DNA of 63,877 nucleotides, filler included, from Sphacelaria rigidula (taxonomy: Eukaryota): NCBI GenBank assembly GCA_964200075.2. It is 7 parts of 7 records of this genome, joined end to end, with 100 filler letters (N's around TTAATTAATTAA, not from the genome) between each part and the next. Parts side by side here need not be neighbours in the genome. Positions count along the whole stretch, not along the records: positions 18,285 to 27,325 come from CAXNAA020009451.1; positions 27,426 to 36,464 come from CAXNAA020009452.1; positions 36,565 to 45,603 come from CAXNAA020009453.1; 4 more parts are not named here. One strand, 5' to 3'. Below, in pieces: positions 23,966 to 37,573 of this stretch (the first letter of the stretch is position 1; each line of letters opens with the position of its first letter). The notes beneath the pieces were generated by a model. The model saw only the letters and a list, made by a program, of their open reading frames with translations. It had not been told where the DNA came from and did not search any database. The position numbers and the translations under genes are program-made.

Positions 23966-24407
23966 ATGATGAAGCGGACAGCAATGGCCGCAGCAGTGCT
24001 ATGCACTGGTACCTCTCACTTCCGAAGAGTTTCCGCTTTCATTGCCGTCTCACCACCAACAACACTCCATATAACATCCTCTTCTTCCTCCATTACCAAA
24101 ACAACAGCGAGAGGATGCGACAGGCACCATCTGGCAGTAGCGCGCGGCAATGCGCTAGCAGGCGTTGCAAAAAGGCAACCCCCCCACACGGCACGCGCGG
24201 CTGCAGGGAACGGGGTAGGAGAAGGAAACATCGATATTACGGTAGATCCAAATGCAAAGCCGATTGAGGACTTTGGGTCAGGCATCACTCCTGACCCCAA
24301 AAAGGTTGCGGTGCTATTTGACTTCGATGGCACAATTGGCGACACTGAGACTCCTGCTATGGAGGTGGCATACTGGGAGCTAGCGCCGTACTTCCCCGGT
24401 GCTGCAG
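23966..24407 (+). CDS. Exon 1 of a HAD-superfamily hydrolase (HAD-IA/CbbY-like), probably plastid-targeted
   Basis: MMKRTAMAAAVLC…VSAFIA (signal peptide plus SAF motif), a Ser/Thr-rich transit-like stretch, then HAD motif I VLFDFDGTIGDTE. Donor CAG|GTGGGG. Downstream exons were not identified. Confidence 0.85.
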
Positions 24408-25400
24408 GTGGGGTATTAATTTGTGCGTCGGTGGATATGATAGTGTGCGTGGTCGACTTGGTGTGATCGGAGTTATTTGAGCGCATGTTTGGTGCGGGAA
24501 AGTCTTATGTTCTGAAAATCATGTGCCGAGTGCCGAGGCACATGTGATCAACGCCAGGGAAACGGCGCTGGGCAGCGCAACTGTTTGGGTATCATGAACT
24601 GTGACAGTTCGTTCATTGTGTGCTATTCGTGCACTACTCTTGTAATGCACTGCGTAAGTAAGCAGTTCGTATACGACGTATATAGTGAGCGCGATGGGTG
24701 CTCGTGCGTCACACACTTGTCGTCCTGCTCACTTCACAGTGCAAAAATCTGATGGTTTCCCCTTGTCGTCCCTTCCTTTTTGTAAGGTACTTGGTATCGA
24801 GTTGTATCTTGGAACCAGATATGGCGTGCACGCGCAGAGCACAGCGGATGCTGCTGTCTACTGTTCGTTATGAATATCTGTACGAAGTGTACCGGTACTC
24901 CTGCTGCAATATAGGCGCGTGACTCGCCATCGACGGTGTCTTGAACGGACCATTGTTGAGAGACCGACCAACTTCGAACCCAGTATAGAGTCTTGCCAAA
25001 TATCGCGCTACACCAGCAGTCGACACCTGAGCCCTGCATGTTCACCCTATAAAGACAAACGATACTCGTACGTTACTAGGTACAAGAGCACTAAACAGTA
25101 GGATAAAGACAGGCGCCACAGACCACTGACGAATTCAGCCCCAATTCTTGGCAGGATTTTATCCTACTGCAGTTGTGAACACTTGCATGCCAGTGTCACG
25201 GCTCAACCCTTGGGCTACGACCACTCCATCCCCACAGATGACCTCATATGACCCAAGGTACATTTGCTTCTCTTTTTTTTCACAAAAGACTCGACGCCTT
25301 TTTTCATGATCATGTGCAAGGGGTACCCTGACCGGTGACAAAAGTCACGTGCTTGTGCGTATGTATGTTATCGCTGAGCTGTTTTCGTGGGATACAAGGT

Positions 25401-25762
25401 GCCGGTCGCCCCGGTGGCTCAGTCGGTAATCTCCAATTCTTGTGACAGCTGCGTTGTGGGTTCGAATCTCGGAACGATCTGGGATTTTTTCCCACAGCGT
25501 GCCCAACAATGGAGAGCGACTATATCGTGGGTACACAAAACGCGACTTAACCGTCGACGAGGGAAAGATATTACTGAACCGCTCTAGCGATAAAAATAAA
25601 AGGCAAGCACCGTAGAAGGAAGGTGGGGTACAAGAAACAAATAAAAAAAGGAAAAACTCCTGTGTTGACCTTTCTTCTGTGTGAACCCCGGCTGGCGCGC
25701 CCACAAATACCGAAATGTGTATACCGGCGTCCAGAATAGATGGGACGAGAACACACACACAA
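25401..25762 (+). mobile_element. tRNA-derived SINE, family A
   Basis: A box GGTGGCTCAGTCGG, B box GGTTCGAATC, conserved body and CA-rich tail. Confidence 0.88.
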
Positions 25763-26009
25763 GCTTTCACAGTTCGGACGAATAATTGCCGGTTCGAATA
25801 ACCACATGCACGATTTTCAGGCCTGATTGCTCAGCAAGGAGAAGAACGTTGACCTTTGGTCAAAAAGGTCTCCATGCCAGCCATTTTTGCGCCATTCCAC
25901 GTGCCTGGGCTGCGCGTACCTGGATAACAATGCTGAAAACAAAGCTCAAGGACTGATTCGTGCGGTACGAATCAACGACACCAAAACCAAGTAAGTTACA
26001 GACGAATCA

Positions 26010-26120
26010 TCAACCCTTTTGGAACCCATTGCCGATATTTGTTTTTGTGAATCGGCATCATTTTGAAAATGGTGCCGATTCACGAAAACAAATATCGGCA
26101 ATGGGGACCAAAACGGCTAA
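26010..26120. mobile_element. Palindromic piggyBac-like MITE; its left half also ends contig 2 at 18129-18184
   Basis: CCCATTGCCGATATTTGTTTTTGTGAATCGGCA / TGCCGATTCACGAAAACAAATATCGGCAATGGG arms with degenerate TTAACCC...GGGTTAA ends. Confidence 0.65.
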
Positions 26121-29100
26121 ATCGTCCGACCCTTGCAAGCTTTCACTTTGCAAACGACGCACGCTGGCAGTCCGAGATATGCGAACAATATCTACTGCTG
26201 TCTTGCGAACTTTTGACATGAACGGTGACAGAATGCAACGGGATGAAATAGTCAGCGTGTCATCGCTCTCCACTACACAGTCTTCTGCACGCTTCCGCTA
26301 CTCTGCTATATTGCAGCACGAGAGGTGTTCTTGCAGGGGACAAGAAATACGAGCAGAGCAAAAAGCACATTCTTTGCCCATGTTTTTTCATGCTCGACCG
26401 GTCGTTACCCAAGTTGGTGAAAATACAGCTTCACTGCAGAGTAGTTCATCTGTAGGTGAACAAAGTGACCATTCTGACAAATAATAGCTATTAACCCTTG
26501 GACAGCGAGCGTCGCCTCGGAACAGTTTCACATGCTGACAGTCCGGAGACATTCGGGGTTTCCAGTGGCCGGGGGCGGTAGTTTTTGATGGGGGCGGGGA
26601 GGGGGGGGGCTGTTGGCAGAGCAGCCGAAAAGCTTAGCAAGTCAACCATGTGTCGGAAAGATTCCCGCGGAAGATTCTAAACCAGGAACAAGGCCCGAGA
26701 GGCGCAGAATGACCATTCTGACTAATCATGGTCGTCAAAATGAGCACGTAGTTCCCCTACAGGTGGACTACAGGTAAACTACTTCGCTGTCTACTGGCAT
26801 ATTCCATTTTGGTCATGACAATTCAACCATTGATTACATGGATACAGATCACTTGTTTTGTACTCTGCGCGAGGTCTGTGCCGCCTGTCTGACGCATGTG
26901 TTGCCCTCATCGCTTCACAATTTCTGTGGTAGTGTTGAACACTAAGCAACAGTGTTATTCATTTTCGATATTATGGAGGCTGTATTTTTTAAGGTTAGGC
27001 GTAAAGAAAATCCGCACCTCGCTTGTCATGACATCGAAACTTGGAGGAGGTGTTGATTGGTACTACAGTAGGGTGTGGGAGCCTCAGCCGTGGCTGCACG
27101 AGGCGCTGATGGCCAGATCTGCATGGAATTGATGGATACCATTCTCATCAGATTCTTTGTTTTTCACCACCTCCTGTCTGATGACGAATATAGTATGTAC
27201 AATTTCGGTCAGGCTCGTAGACCGCACGGATCCTTCAGGCGTCGTCGTCAATCTTCGCCCAGTTAGGGATGAACGCTCGCAGAAAACCAGAAAATAAACA
27301 ACATCTAGGCCCCGCCATATATGTGNNNNNNNNNNNNNNNNNNNNNNNNNNNNNNNNNNNNNNNNNNNNTTAATTAATTAANNNNNNNNNNNNNNNNNNN
27401 NNNNNNNNNNNNNNNNNNNNNNNNNAAATGCGCCCACTCCCTGCCACACGACGCCTACGCTGCACCAGACCGTAAATACGGTGCAGGGGCGGACCACAGG
27501 CCATCAAAGCACGGAGTCATCGTGCTCGTGCTCGCGCACTTCCATGCCCGACAAAAAATGGTTCCTATCTACGCAGCGACATACCTGCTTGCGCACCCCG
27601 TCGAGATATGCTTCTGAGCTGCTCTGTGCCGCCAGTTCTCCGCGCCAATGTCGAGACCTCTCCTCCATGGACGTCCGTGCCTACTCAGGCTACGATGTTT
27701 TCAAGTCTTGGAGCATTACTGTCTACTAGTATTGCCGTAGATGATAAATTAAAGTTCTGTACATTGCCTCCATAACATTGAAAAGGAATAACACTGCGTT
27801 TACAAGTACGTCATACAGACAGGTGTAAACTTGATAATTTTACAATTTTTCCGAAAGAAAGTTCCTTTGACAAGTCACTCTACGGGTGCAAAGCGGTTGA
27901 AGCGCAAAGAATTGCTCCAAGCTGGCTCAGCTCGTATTGACGGTGCAGACAACAGATAATACAGACATTGTAGTGCTGTAAACAGAAAATAGACTGACGA
28001 GTACCCTATGTCAAGCGAATGCCACGATTGCATCTTACAAAACATTGACCTCGCATTGACTGGCAGGGCGGGCTATCTAGGGATGATTTTGTGAAAAATA
28101 ATGCCGATTCAATAAAAGACCCGCCCTGGTCGTCAAAGAGTTAGTTCTGTGGCACCTGCCCGGCCCTTTTCTCTAGACTATACTCTACATCAATACAACA
28201 TTCATTAATTGGGCAGACTGCGCAGAGAACAAGGAAGTGCCGCAGGCCTCAGGCACAGTCGCTATACGCAGGAATAGCCAACTTTCGGTTCAGTCATATG
28301 TTCTTTCTTTTTATTCTTTCCACTTTTCTTTTTGTTTAGAGAACGTTTCGTTTTGTTTACCTTGGATACTCCCACCTTGTTACCATGCTGAGTACTTCGG
28401 GGATCAGTCCATGTGCGACAGTTGGTCAATCGATTACTAGCATCTCACGGATTACGGTGCCCCCGTAGATAGCAGAAGATACTGTTACCACTGATGGAAA
28501 ACCTTCCGTAACCCGAACGTCTCTAGTCCCATGTACACTCGGAGTACGACCTGCTACCCTCGTGCTCGCTGACGACTCCGACTGACTGTACTGTACTCCA
28601 CTGACATACACCCGAGGAACATCTAGGCTGGGGTAGGGCCTCCTATCCTTTTGCTCGCCGATGACTGCTACTGACTGTACTATACTGCCTTCTTTCGTAT
28701 TACTCGCGCATACGTATGAGTGCAGCGAGCCCTGTAGAAACGTGAAAACGAACTTGTAACGTTTTTCGAATTTTTAAAAATGTGGTGTTTTGTTCTCGGT
28801 TTCCCGTGGTTTGAGCATGTCTCGACTTCCAGTTACCATGAAATACCGTTGCAGAGAGCGCATCATATGGCGTATGCGTGCAGCTGGGCAGCTGCTCCAG
28901 GGGTAGATATCTATATGATTATTCTTCCGCAAATTATCTATGTTGTATGTAGTGCTTGATTCATACTTCTGCCCGTGTTATCTACTTCTCGGATTGGTTT
29001 AGTGGCGGCATATCCAACAAAACCACTTGAAAAATTTGAGCCTGCTGCTTTACCCCCCCTCACGCCCACGGACTCCGTTGTATGAAGTCGGTACTTTGCC

Positions 29101-29401
29101 AGTCCTGATAAAAAGAACAAAATATCTCAAAATGCCATTCGATATTTTAGATCTTTGATCGCTGGCCTACAATTGAAAGATCCGTTTACACCCACAATCA
29201 GTTTAAAAACGACAGAATATTTTTTCATCTTTGCTGGACACTACAACAGTACCTCGGATCAGACAGGAAATAGCACGGGTCTTGTCCGCCAGAGGTTATT
29301 ACCGACTGCATGCTACAGTAAGAGCCAAGGGGAGGAGCATCTCAGTCTACAGCAGTTGGGGGTGCACGGACCTACCGCCTCTTCTGTTCACGTCGCCGCC
29401 A

Positions 29402-30503
29402 ATGGTGCCCACAGCACGTACCACTACCCCTCACCTCTTTTTTTTTCTAGTGGGTGTTGGTACAGCTTTTGGGCAAGTGAACTCTTCCGTTATTGCAGCT
29501 GCTTGCGACTCCGACTATTTGGAGCTCGTGAACCCATCCTTTCCAGCCATCGAGGGGTGCTACATCAAAACTGACTATGAGGCTCAGCAAACACCGGTAT
29601 GGATGCTGGAAAAGGTCGCAGGAGCGAACAGGACAACTTACGCAATAATGGGAGCGCAGGTGAGTGCAGGACGTCGTTGGTGTTGGTTGTGCGGGATCGT
29701 CCGTGTGTGCACCATCTCTTTCTGACATAAGACCACGAGGGTAGGTCATTTGTCCACGCTCTTATTTTTCAAGTGACTTTGATGCGGATTCAACATGTGA
29801 CCTCTGCTCGCGGTCAAAGGGTCAAGAGGTAAACGGTGATGAATCTGTACGGATTTTCTTCTTTGTTCGACACTGGCTGAAAGCCAGATGGTCCTTGTAG
29901 GGTCTACAAACAGTACAAAGCTTACCATGGCGATGTGGAGACTCATTTAGTAGAGTGTTTACTTATGGGTACGAACGGGCGTGAACGTATTCACGACAGT
30001 ACCCTTGCGCCTTTATCTCGGAGCGACCCTTCTGTCTTTGGTGCTCGCGGCGTGTCCAGATTTGTTCGTAGGTCATCCGTGGATGCGGCCGACAGCGTTC
30101 TGAATTTTGAGAGCAGAATAGGACCCCAGGATACGTTTGGCAAGGGAGTTGACGTGGCGTCACAGACAGTACATGTATGGTTTGGACCTGTTCTGTACGC
30201 TGCTTTGTGCATCGGCCATGCTCGCAACTGATGTTCCTGTTCGGTGAACCCAAGCGCACACGAACGGGGCTCATCCTCACATAGGACACGGCCTTTGAGA
30301 AGTTGCGCAGTCAGCGCAGTGAACAGACGACACAGTGAGAACAAAAGCGCGCTGTCGTCAGACTACGGTACACGCACAAGTGAAGGGCAAAAAACAACTG
30401 CTGAGCCTGCAGAATTTTTTTTCGCGCGCGTGTCTTACTGTCCTTCCTGCAGAATCCTGATTATGAGACTGGCCAGTTTCTGGATGGAGCTTACTGGGCG
30501 ACG
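29402..30503 (+). CDS. First two exons (29402-29659, 30453-30503) of a putative secreted protein of unknown function
   Basis: MVPTARTTTPHLFFFLVGVGTAFGQ signal-like start. Donor CAG|GTGAGT, strong acceptor TCTTACTGTCCTTCCTGCAG, phase-0 exon NPDYETGQFLDGAYWAT and donor GTAAAG. Confidence 0.55.
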
Positions 30504-32357
30504 GTAAAGATTGTAGATACTTACGACCAAAACCAGCAAACAATTATTCCCTACGAAGGCGTGGAAAAATTTTTGTGCGCCTCGCCGGATTCGTTCTGGA
30601 CGAATGCACCTACGGAGACCTCCCAATGGCAGTGTGAGTAGCTGGGTGTGTTCTCGACTATCTGTAGACCCCTTACAGAGGAAGCATTCTAGGTAAATAT
30701 CCATGAACTGTTGTAGTCGAAAAACTCTGGCAAACCGTTTACTCCTGAATGATAGAACCGACCGACCCTCTACAGACAGTACAGTTTTACACTCGGTCAA
30801 TCTCGCCTACATAGTTACACGGAATGAAGGTCCTGGGGGCTCGTACCGTTAATTCGATGCATGCGCGCCATAACTGTAGCCCACGTCGTGAACCCGGGGC
30901 TCCGTTATATGAAAGGAAGATACCGTTGTATATTGGGTTGGTTTCGTGGTTCATCATTATATTTTATTCTGTGGGCGCTTCTCTGGTACCACGGCTGTGT
31001 TCTTCGCACACCCTACCAACTCAGCCCTGCAGTACCTACAATCAGGCTTGCTTTTGAGTGTCCATAAGCTGTTGAGTGCTCATGAGAGGATACATTTTGG
31101 AGCCCCCATGTGCAGCAGGAGAACCGAGTATCGTATCGTGCAAAGCTGTATGCACCGTTGTAGGTACAAAGGTTTGTTCAAATAGAAATAAAGTCGGCAT
31201 AACTCTTGTTTCTCCGACATTCTGCGACGGCATCACACAAGATGCTCGAGGTATATCTTTTTGGAGGCTCCTAGTATATCGTCTGTGCACATGCACCTGA
31301 CCAATTAAGATACGATCGCTCAGCCGCCTCGCTAGTATTTTTGTAACTCTCATGTTTAATGTTTCATTCTGCTGCACTGCTGCACTATCCACTCTGTCCT
31401 GTCTGTGCAATGGCTGCATGCGGTGCGCGAGTATTCCCCCTGTTTTCATGACAGTTTGAGAAAGTGTCACTGTCGTTTTCCCGAGAGTTCTCAAGGACTT
31501 CCTGTTGTCATGGCATCCCTCCTCCTCGACTAGATGGCAATACCCCGACACTTCGCGCGTTGACTGTCAGGGCGGGTAATCTGGGCCGTCATCACTTCAG
31601 TATCAGCTCTCAATTTCCAACTGAAAACGATGCCGATTCAATCGAGAACCCACCGTTGCGTCCGAAGGTTTGAAGGTTGAACAAACATCAAGAAGTTTAC
31701 ACTAGAATAATGCATGTAGACGCGCCTATGTAAGGTCGGTGTCATCTTGGGCACGCGAATGCGAAAGGTACAGCGATAGACTTTGGGTTGGCTGGTGGAT
31801 ATGAGCCTGATAACCGGGCGCTGGTCATCAATCAGTACGCTTACGAATGGCGAACGCTGTTGGGTGGTGAAGGATGATGTACCGTGAAGTTGGGGCGCAA
31901 CTAATGGATCTTCATCGCTCCTCTGCCCTATTGAATCAGGCATGAAATCCATCCATCCCGCCGTGGACCCCTTCGCAGCAGTACCTTGTACGTGTTGATC
32001 GTGTACGGTGGAATACTCGTGCGCCTTTGTACTTGGCTGTACCGCATAAGGATGGTGCTACCGTTACATGTATACTGTAGTCACTGTTGTTGCAAGAGAC
32101 CCAATCGAAGGTTTTTGAATAGCAGAAACTTAGCAAGGGTCAGACGAATCATGGCTGGTTCAAATAATCAAATCTTTTTATGTCAGCCCTGATTTACTCG
32201 AAAGGGAGGAGTAGTTGGCTCTCAGACCGTTGTGAGGTACTTTGCGGCTAGTCCATGGATGATGCCATCTTTCTTCGAGTAAATACTGTTGTCGATTCAG
32301 CAAATGGTCCATGTCTGAAGAGGAGCTCGTGATCGGCTCATCACACCCAACTCCGCG

Positions 32358-32590
32358 GTTAACCCTTGGACGGCGGTGCGGGTCCATCTGTATCCCGCAC
32401 ACTTTTTTCAAGTGAATTCTGATGCCGATTCAGCGGGTGACCTGCCCTCAGGGTCAAAGGGTCAAAGAGATAAAGAGTTAACTCTTAGACCGTAGACCGC
32501 GAGGATAGTCCATCTGGACCACGCATCACTTTCTCAAGTGAAGTTGATGCCGATTTAACAGATGACCTACTCTCGTTGTCTAAGGATTAA
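32358..32590. mobile_element. Two adjacent ~105-bp piggyBac-like MITEs (32358-32465, 32478-32590); related copies at about 28045-28145, 29725-29825, 34153-34277, 40063-40168, 42355-42460, 61640-61719 and 62175-62272
   Basis: TTAACCCTT(A/G)GAC..CG...CG..GTC(A/C)AAGGGTTAA termini and a shared core TTCAAGTGA..TTGATGCCGATTCAAC. Confidence 0.7.
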
Positions 32591-34550
32591 CTGCGGGTTG
32601 AAATAAAAGAAAGCCCTCCTGCAGGGTTTCACCTGCCTGGGGTGGGCGTGCCTGGGGTGCAACTCTGAAAACAAAACGCAAGGATATATTCGTACGTTCC
32701 GAGTCATTCGCACTAGAAGTAAGTTATTTTCGGACGATTTGTTATTCGTCCGACGCTTCAAAAGTGTAGCATCAAGAGTGTGCCTACCGACCACTTTTCC
32801 ACGCGGGTGACAAAATATGACGCTGTCGAAATATACCACGTACATAGATGCATGTATCGTGTAATACACTGGACGCAATAGTCGGCACTGTGCGCAGTAC
32901 ACTTCTCGACAGTGTAGTCTGTTGTCGAGAATCACTTTTCACGAGTGATGAAACCTCTCCGACATGGCCCTCTGTGCTCTTGTCGGGGCCGATATTTGCC
33001 CCCGAAAGAAGGCTCATCATCAGAGCTATCTCAAGCTCGAGATTCGCGCATTTTTCAAAGCAAATCACAGTATAGTTCAAAACATCGGAAACCTCGAGCT
33101 TTGAGGCACCTATACTGTGCCATCCCGCGCGTATCAAGTGCATCTCGCGTGCGTCCGGTTTAAAGGCGTAGCTCATCGCGTATTTTGACCGGCGAGAATG
33201 AGCAGCGGATTTGTGAAATCCGATCTCGCTAGTCGCAAGTCCACGTCTCTCTCAAATGTATCCTTCCTGTCTTGACCGAGTTTTGCTCGCCCGAGCCCGT
33301 CTTGCATATTGACCACAAGATTGTCCTAGTATTCTGTTCCGAAATATTGTCTGCTGAGCGTGGTGAGGAAAATAGTAGGAAAATTGTAGGCGTAGACGCC
33401 AAAATGACCGTGTAAGAGTGTCCCGCAGTACCCGAAGGCGTCGGTGGGGTGGAGATTTTGCGCGAACGCCATGCACAAAGTCAAAATACCTCCAAATTAC
33501 ACACACACTCCACATCACAAGAACGAGGATTGAAATGTTCCCGGCTATGGCTGCTTTTCCTACCACACATGTATACCACTGTACTTGCGGCGTGCTGATG
33601 GCGCGATATTTTTTCTGTGGTGGTGGGGCGACATTGCACTGCCTGTCACTCCTCTCACACGAGTATCTATGATGCGCCAAATGTGCCTGTCAACGGCCTT
33701 CTCTTTGTACTTTTTGTTGAATGTGGGCGTTGTCTGAAATAAACGCAACTATTCCGGGCCCCGTCAAAAATGCCGTCCGGTTCTCACCAAGTAGCCTGGA
33801 GTGGAAGAGATAGTCAAGGAGACCTCAGAAATATTGCGAAGGAGAACATTCACCGATATACAGCCTCTGATGGGATGACATTTCTTGAGTTTTCGTTGAA
33901 CTTTTCAGCAACGCTTGATCCACTTGATGGCTCCCAACAGGCAACGTCTTCATCAAATGCCTTGGAAACTTTGCATCACTCCACCGTAATAAATATCACC
34001 CACTTTTCCGGTTCGCTTTGTTCCCGAGGTTTCGACGAAGGTCTCCTAACATGAATCCAACTGGAGAAGAGAGTGAGCACGGTGTGGAAATATCTGAATT
34101 TCACTACAGGCTCCTGCAGACACCGAATTTTTTCATGTTGTGGTATTTTTGCCAACCCGTTGGCCTCCAGGGTACAGTACTGTAGGTGATATGTTGAATC
34201 GGCATGAGTTACACACCTGCAAGTACGTTATATGGTGCCAATTCAACAGATCGCCTACCCTCGCGGTCAAAGGGTTAATATAGCCGTCCTCGAGACCTCA
34301 AAGCTAAGCAAATCGGAAAAGTGGGCTAGACTCTCATCTGCAGGCTGATCCACAGTGCAAGACATGTGACGGTCATATTCCCCGTTTGCGGGCCACGAAC
34401 TGGCTGAGTCAAAGTTATGTCCCACTTGTGAAACGAACACGAGGGAAAAAATGGAGTGAGCCGGATGGAAGTAGATGATGAGCATTCACCCATCCCAGAG
34501 CAGACTGCGCTCATAAATTTTCTATACGTGAAATTTCGTCCCCAGCTGTT

Positions 34551-34885
34551 TGCCGGTCGTTCCAGTAGCTCAGTTGGTAACCTCGAGACCCTCTGACGAT
34601 TGTGTCGCGGATTCGAATCTCGGAGCGGGATTTTTCTCATGCCCAAGAGTGGAGAGCGATTGTGCCGTAGGTACACAAAATTTGACTGCACGGTCGACGA
34701 TGGAAAGGGACTCATCCCTTCTCGCGATAAAAAGAGAAGACAAGCACCGCAAACGGAAGGTAAAGGACAACAACAGAAACAGATGAAAAAACTCCTGTGT
34801 GACCCCGACTAGTGCGCCCACATATACCGAAAGGGGTGAACCGGCGTCCAGAAAAGATGAGACAACACAACACAACACAAGACAG
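34551..34885 (+). mobile_element. tRNA-derived SINE, family A
   Basis: AGTAGCTCAGTTGG A box, GATTCGAATC B box, conserved body and (CACAA)n tail. Confidence 0.88.
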
Positions 34886-36804
34886 CAGCTGTGTAAGGGT
34901 CCTTTACTGTTGTTGCCTGTTGAGCTGTGGCCAAAAATCATACACAACCACACTGTGCACTTATTTTGTGGATGGAAACTACCATGAGTATGTGGTCAAC
35001 ATGCCACCACCGCATGTTTGAGACCAAAGGCTCACACATTCGACGCTCCAAAACTCCAAAGTGCATCCTGAACCATGGACAATCTGCCGCACTTGCTACA
35101 CTCTCGAGAAATATGGCGTGCGTTTCTCTTATTTGGCGTTGAAGGATCATGAAAGTGTCAGGGACACGTTGATTTGTCATGATCTGAACGTGCCCGCGAC
35201 TGTCGAGACATAGGAGCTGGACCGGCCTAGAGCCGGGTTTAAGCTCTCGAACCAAAATCTCATCGACACAGACGAGTTGGGCCGCGATCTGCATATCGCA
35301 TTAATCGTCTGATCATGCGAAAGGTGCCCATGTGCGCAATAGTCTGGGCCAATTTTTTCTAGTTGATTGAATCTCATGTCTAGTACTTCCTATACCATAC
35401 AGAGATGGCGTCCATACCAAAGTCTGGATGAAATGCCGACCGCTATATACAGCGGATAATGACGATTTTCGGTGTGGACATCCCCTGGGGCACGGGGGGC
35501 ATGGTTGATACCTCCACTTTCGCCTAATTTGTCATGTGTTTCGAGATGTGGCGCACATGAGTTTCTGTACTATCTAAATATTTCGAGCAGAGGCACTTGA
35601 TGCACTAAATCTGGATATGGCGTCACAGGACGGGTGTTATGGCACACAGATTGTTGGCACACAGATTGTTCACTTTTTGGACGTTTGAGGCACTTTTAGA
35701 CGCCCACACAAGGAAAATCGCGAACAAACGTCTTGTATACTTCGCATCACCCAACAGAGAGGAGCCTAGCCCACTTTTCAGATTCCGTTGGCTCCAGGGT
35801 TTCGAGAGAGATCGCTTAAAAAACATCCGTGTGCCATAAAATCTACGACGATCTCCACAGATTATTGGGCAAAGGGGGTCGGCAAGCACAGATTTTTGTT
35901 CAGCGACCAATCTCGAAACCGCGGAGCTAAGCGAATCTGAAAAGCAGACTAGGCTCCTCTATGTGTGGTGACGCAAAGTGTCTGAGAGGTGTGTTGGCGG
36001 TTTTCCCTGTTCAGGTGTCCGAAAGTGGGTCACACGGCCCGAAAGCGAGCAATTTGTGGGCCGAAAATCTACGTGCCATAACATCCGGCCTCAATTTTTG
36101 AGAGTTGTGCTTTGAAATTTCGTATGGGGAACCGCCAGTGCATGACGAAAAAAAAACATCGGCTTACATTTTTTTCAAAAAACATACTTCCTCTGGGGCG
36201 AAATATAAGCTCGCTTGGAGGAAAAGTGACATATCTCGTTCCCATTTGCAAGTCTTTGTGAACGTTTTTTTTTGCCGTTTTCGCGAGCACCTGGAGCAAA
36301 GCCCAAAACCGATGTCTTTTCTGAGTCCCAAACACAGCAGTACCTACTCACCCGGCAAGCAGGTGACAAAAAAACAAAAGACGGAAATCCACCGGTTGGA
36401 AGCCTTCCCATCCTTTTTTTTTCGAAACGGTCGTTTCATGGTTCTCGCGGCGTTTCGGGGAACCNNNNNNNNNNNNNNNNNNNNNNNNNNNNNNNNNNNN
36501 NNNNNNNNTTAATTAATTAANNNNNNNNNNNNNNNNNNNNNNNNNNNNNNNNNNNNNNNNNNNNGGCGCGGGGGGGGGGGGGGGGGGGGGGTGACGCGCT
36601 TGAAGCGTGACAAGAGAGGAAAAAGTTCGAGAGTCGATAATTCACTACGAGTAGGTGGAGAATGTGGCACACTCCGAGATATTCACAAAATATTTCATCA
36701 TCCCATCATTGTTGCCATTCGTGGCAGAATTGTTGGCACATTCCTCCTGGCGACTACTCCGAAGCTTGCCGCCTGTTGATGGTGATTGATCAGCGCACAA
36801 GATT

Positions 36805-37052
36805 TTTTTTCTCTCTTGTCACACTCGAAACCCCTCCCCTTCCCCGGGACGAGCCCGTAGTATCAAGGGTTAAACCGTTTAACCCTTGATACTACGGACT
36901 CGTCCCCTTAGACCCATCTCCATGCACATACTCGCGTTTTCGACGATTGAAATAAATTATTTCGAAAGGACAAGAAAATACGCGTTGGGCGGGGTTCGAA
37001 CCTACGATCTCTCCCCACTCGGGGTAACCAGATGACCGTTAGACTGCGGTTT
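36805..37052 (-). mobile_element. tRNA-derived SINE, family B, carrying an internal inverted duplication
   Basis: Minus-strand GGTTCGAACCCC B box and a tail shared with 722-1012. Hairpin at 36846-36906. Confidence 0.6.
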
Positions 37053-37573
37053 GCCGTGTACTTAACTCAGTATGTTTTCCGGGCACACGACTGTTCATAT
37101 GTATGAACACCATGTAGTACATTGAGAACTGTAGGGGCACAGGTATGGCGATCTACCCATCACAGAGATAAATTCTCTTGGCAATATGTTGCGATGGTTC
37201 ATGATACATGTTGTGCGGAAGGTTTTTCAGTTTTAGGCCGGGCCGCCTCGTGTTCATTTCAGTAGCTACCTTGTCCCATGTAGCTACTTGTCGTTTTACC
37301 TTGCGACTGCTCCCACCGCCCTTCTGCACAAGACAACGGAAAGACGTATAACACGGCGTTCTACACTACAAGTGAGCAACATTCCCGCAGCCGCCGTTGT
37401 CAAAAACATGAAGCCGACCCTGACTGCTCAGTTCTCAATCAATGGCATCATGCACCAACTTATCACTTCTGTGCATACTAAACAAAACAGGCAACAGCTC
37501 TGCTACACAGCAGATAGCACCTCTCATCAACGGCGAGTGAAAACTGCCTGTACACTGAATTTGGCTCTATACG

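Noticed and set aside
25401..25475. tRNA-like heads with A and B boxes as tRNA genes
   Set aside because: No complete cloverleaf or acceptor stem; they are always attached to the SINE body.
33830..34480. Possible minus-strand exons after pyrimidine-rich acceptors
   Set aside because: No recognisable protein motif, and I could not build a consistent phase chain.
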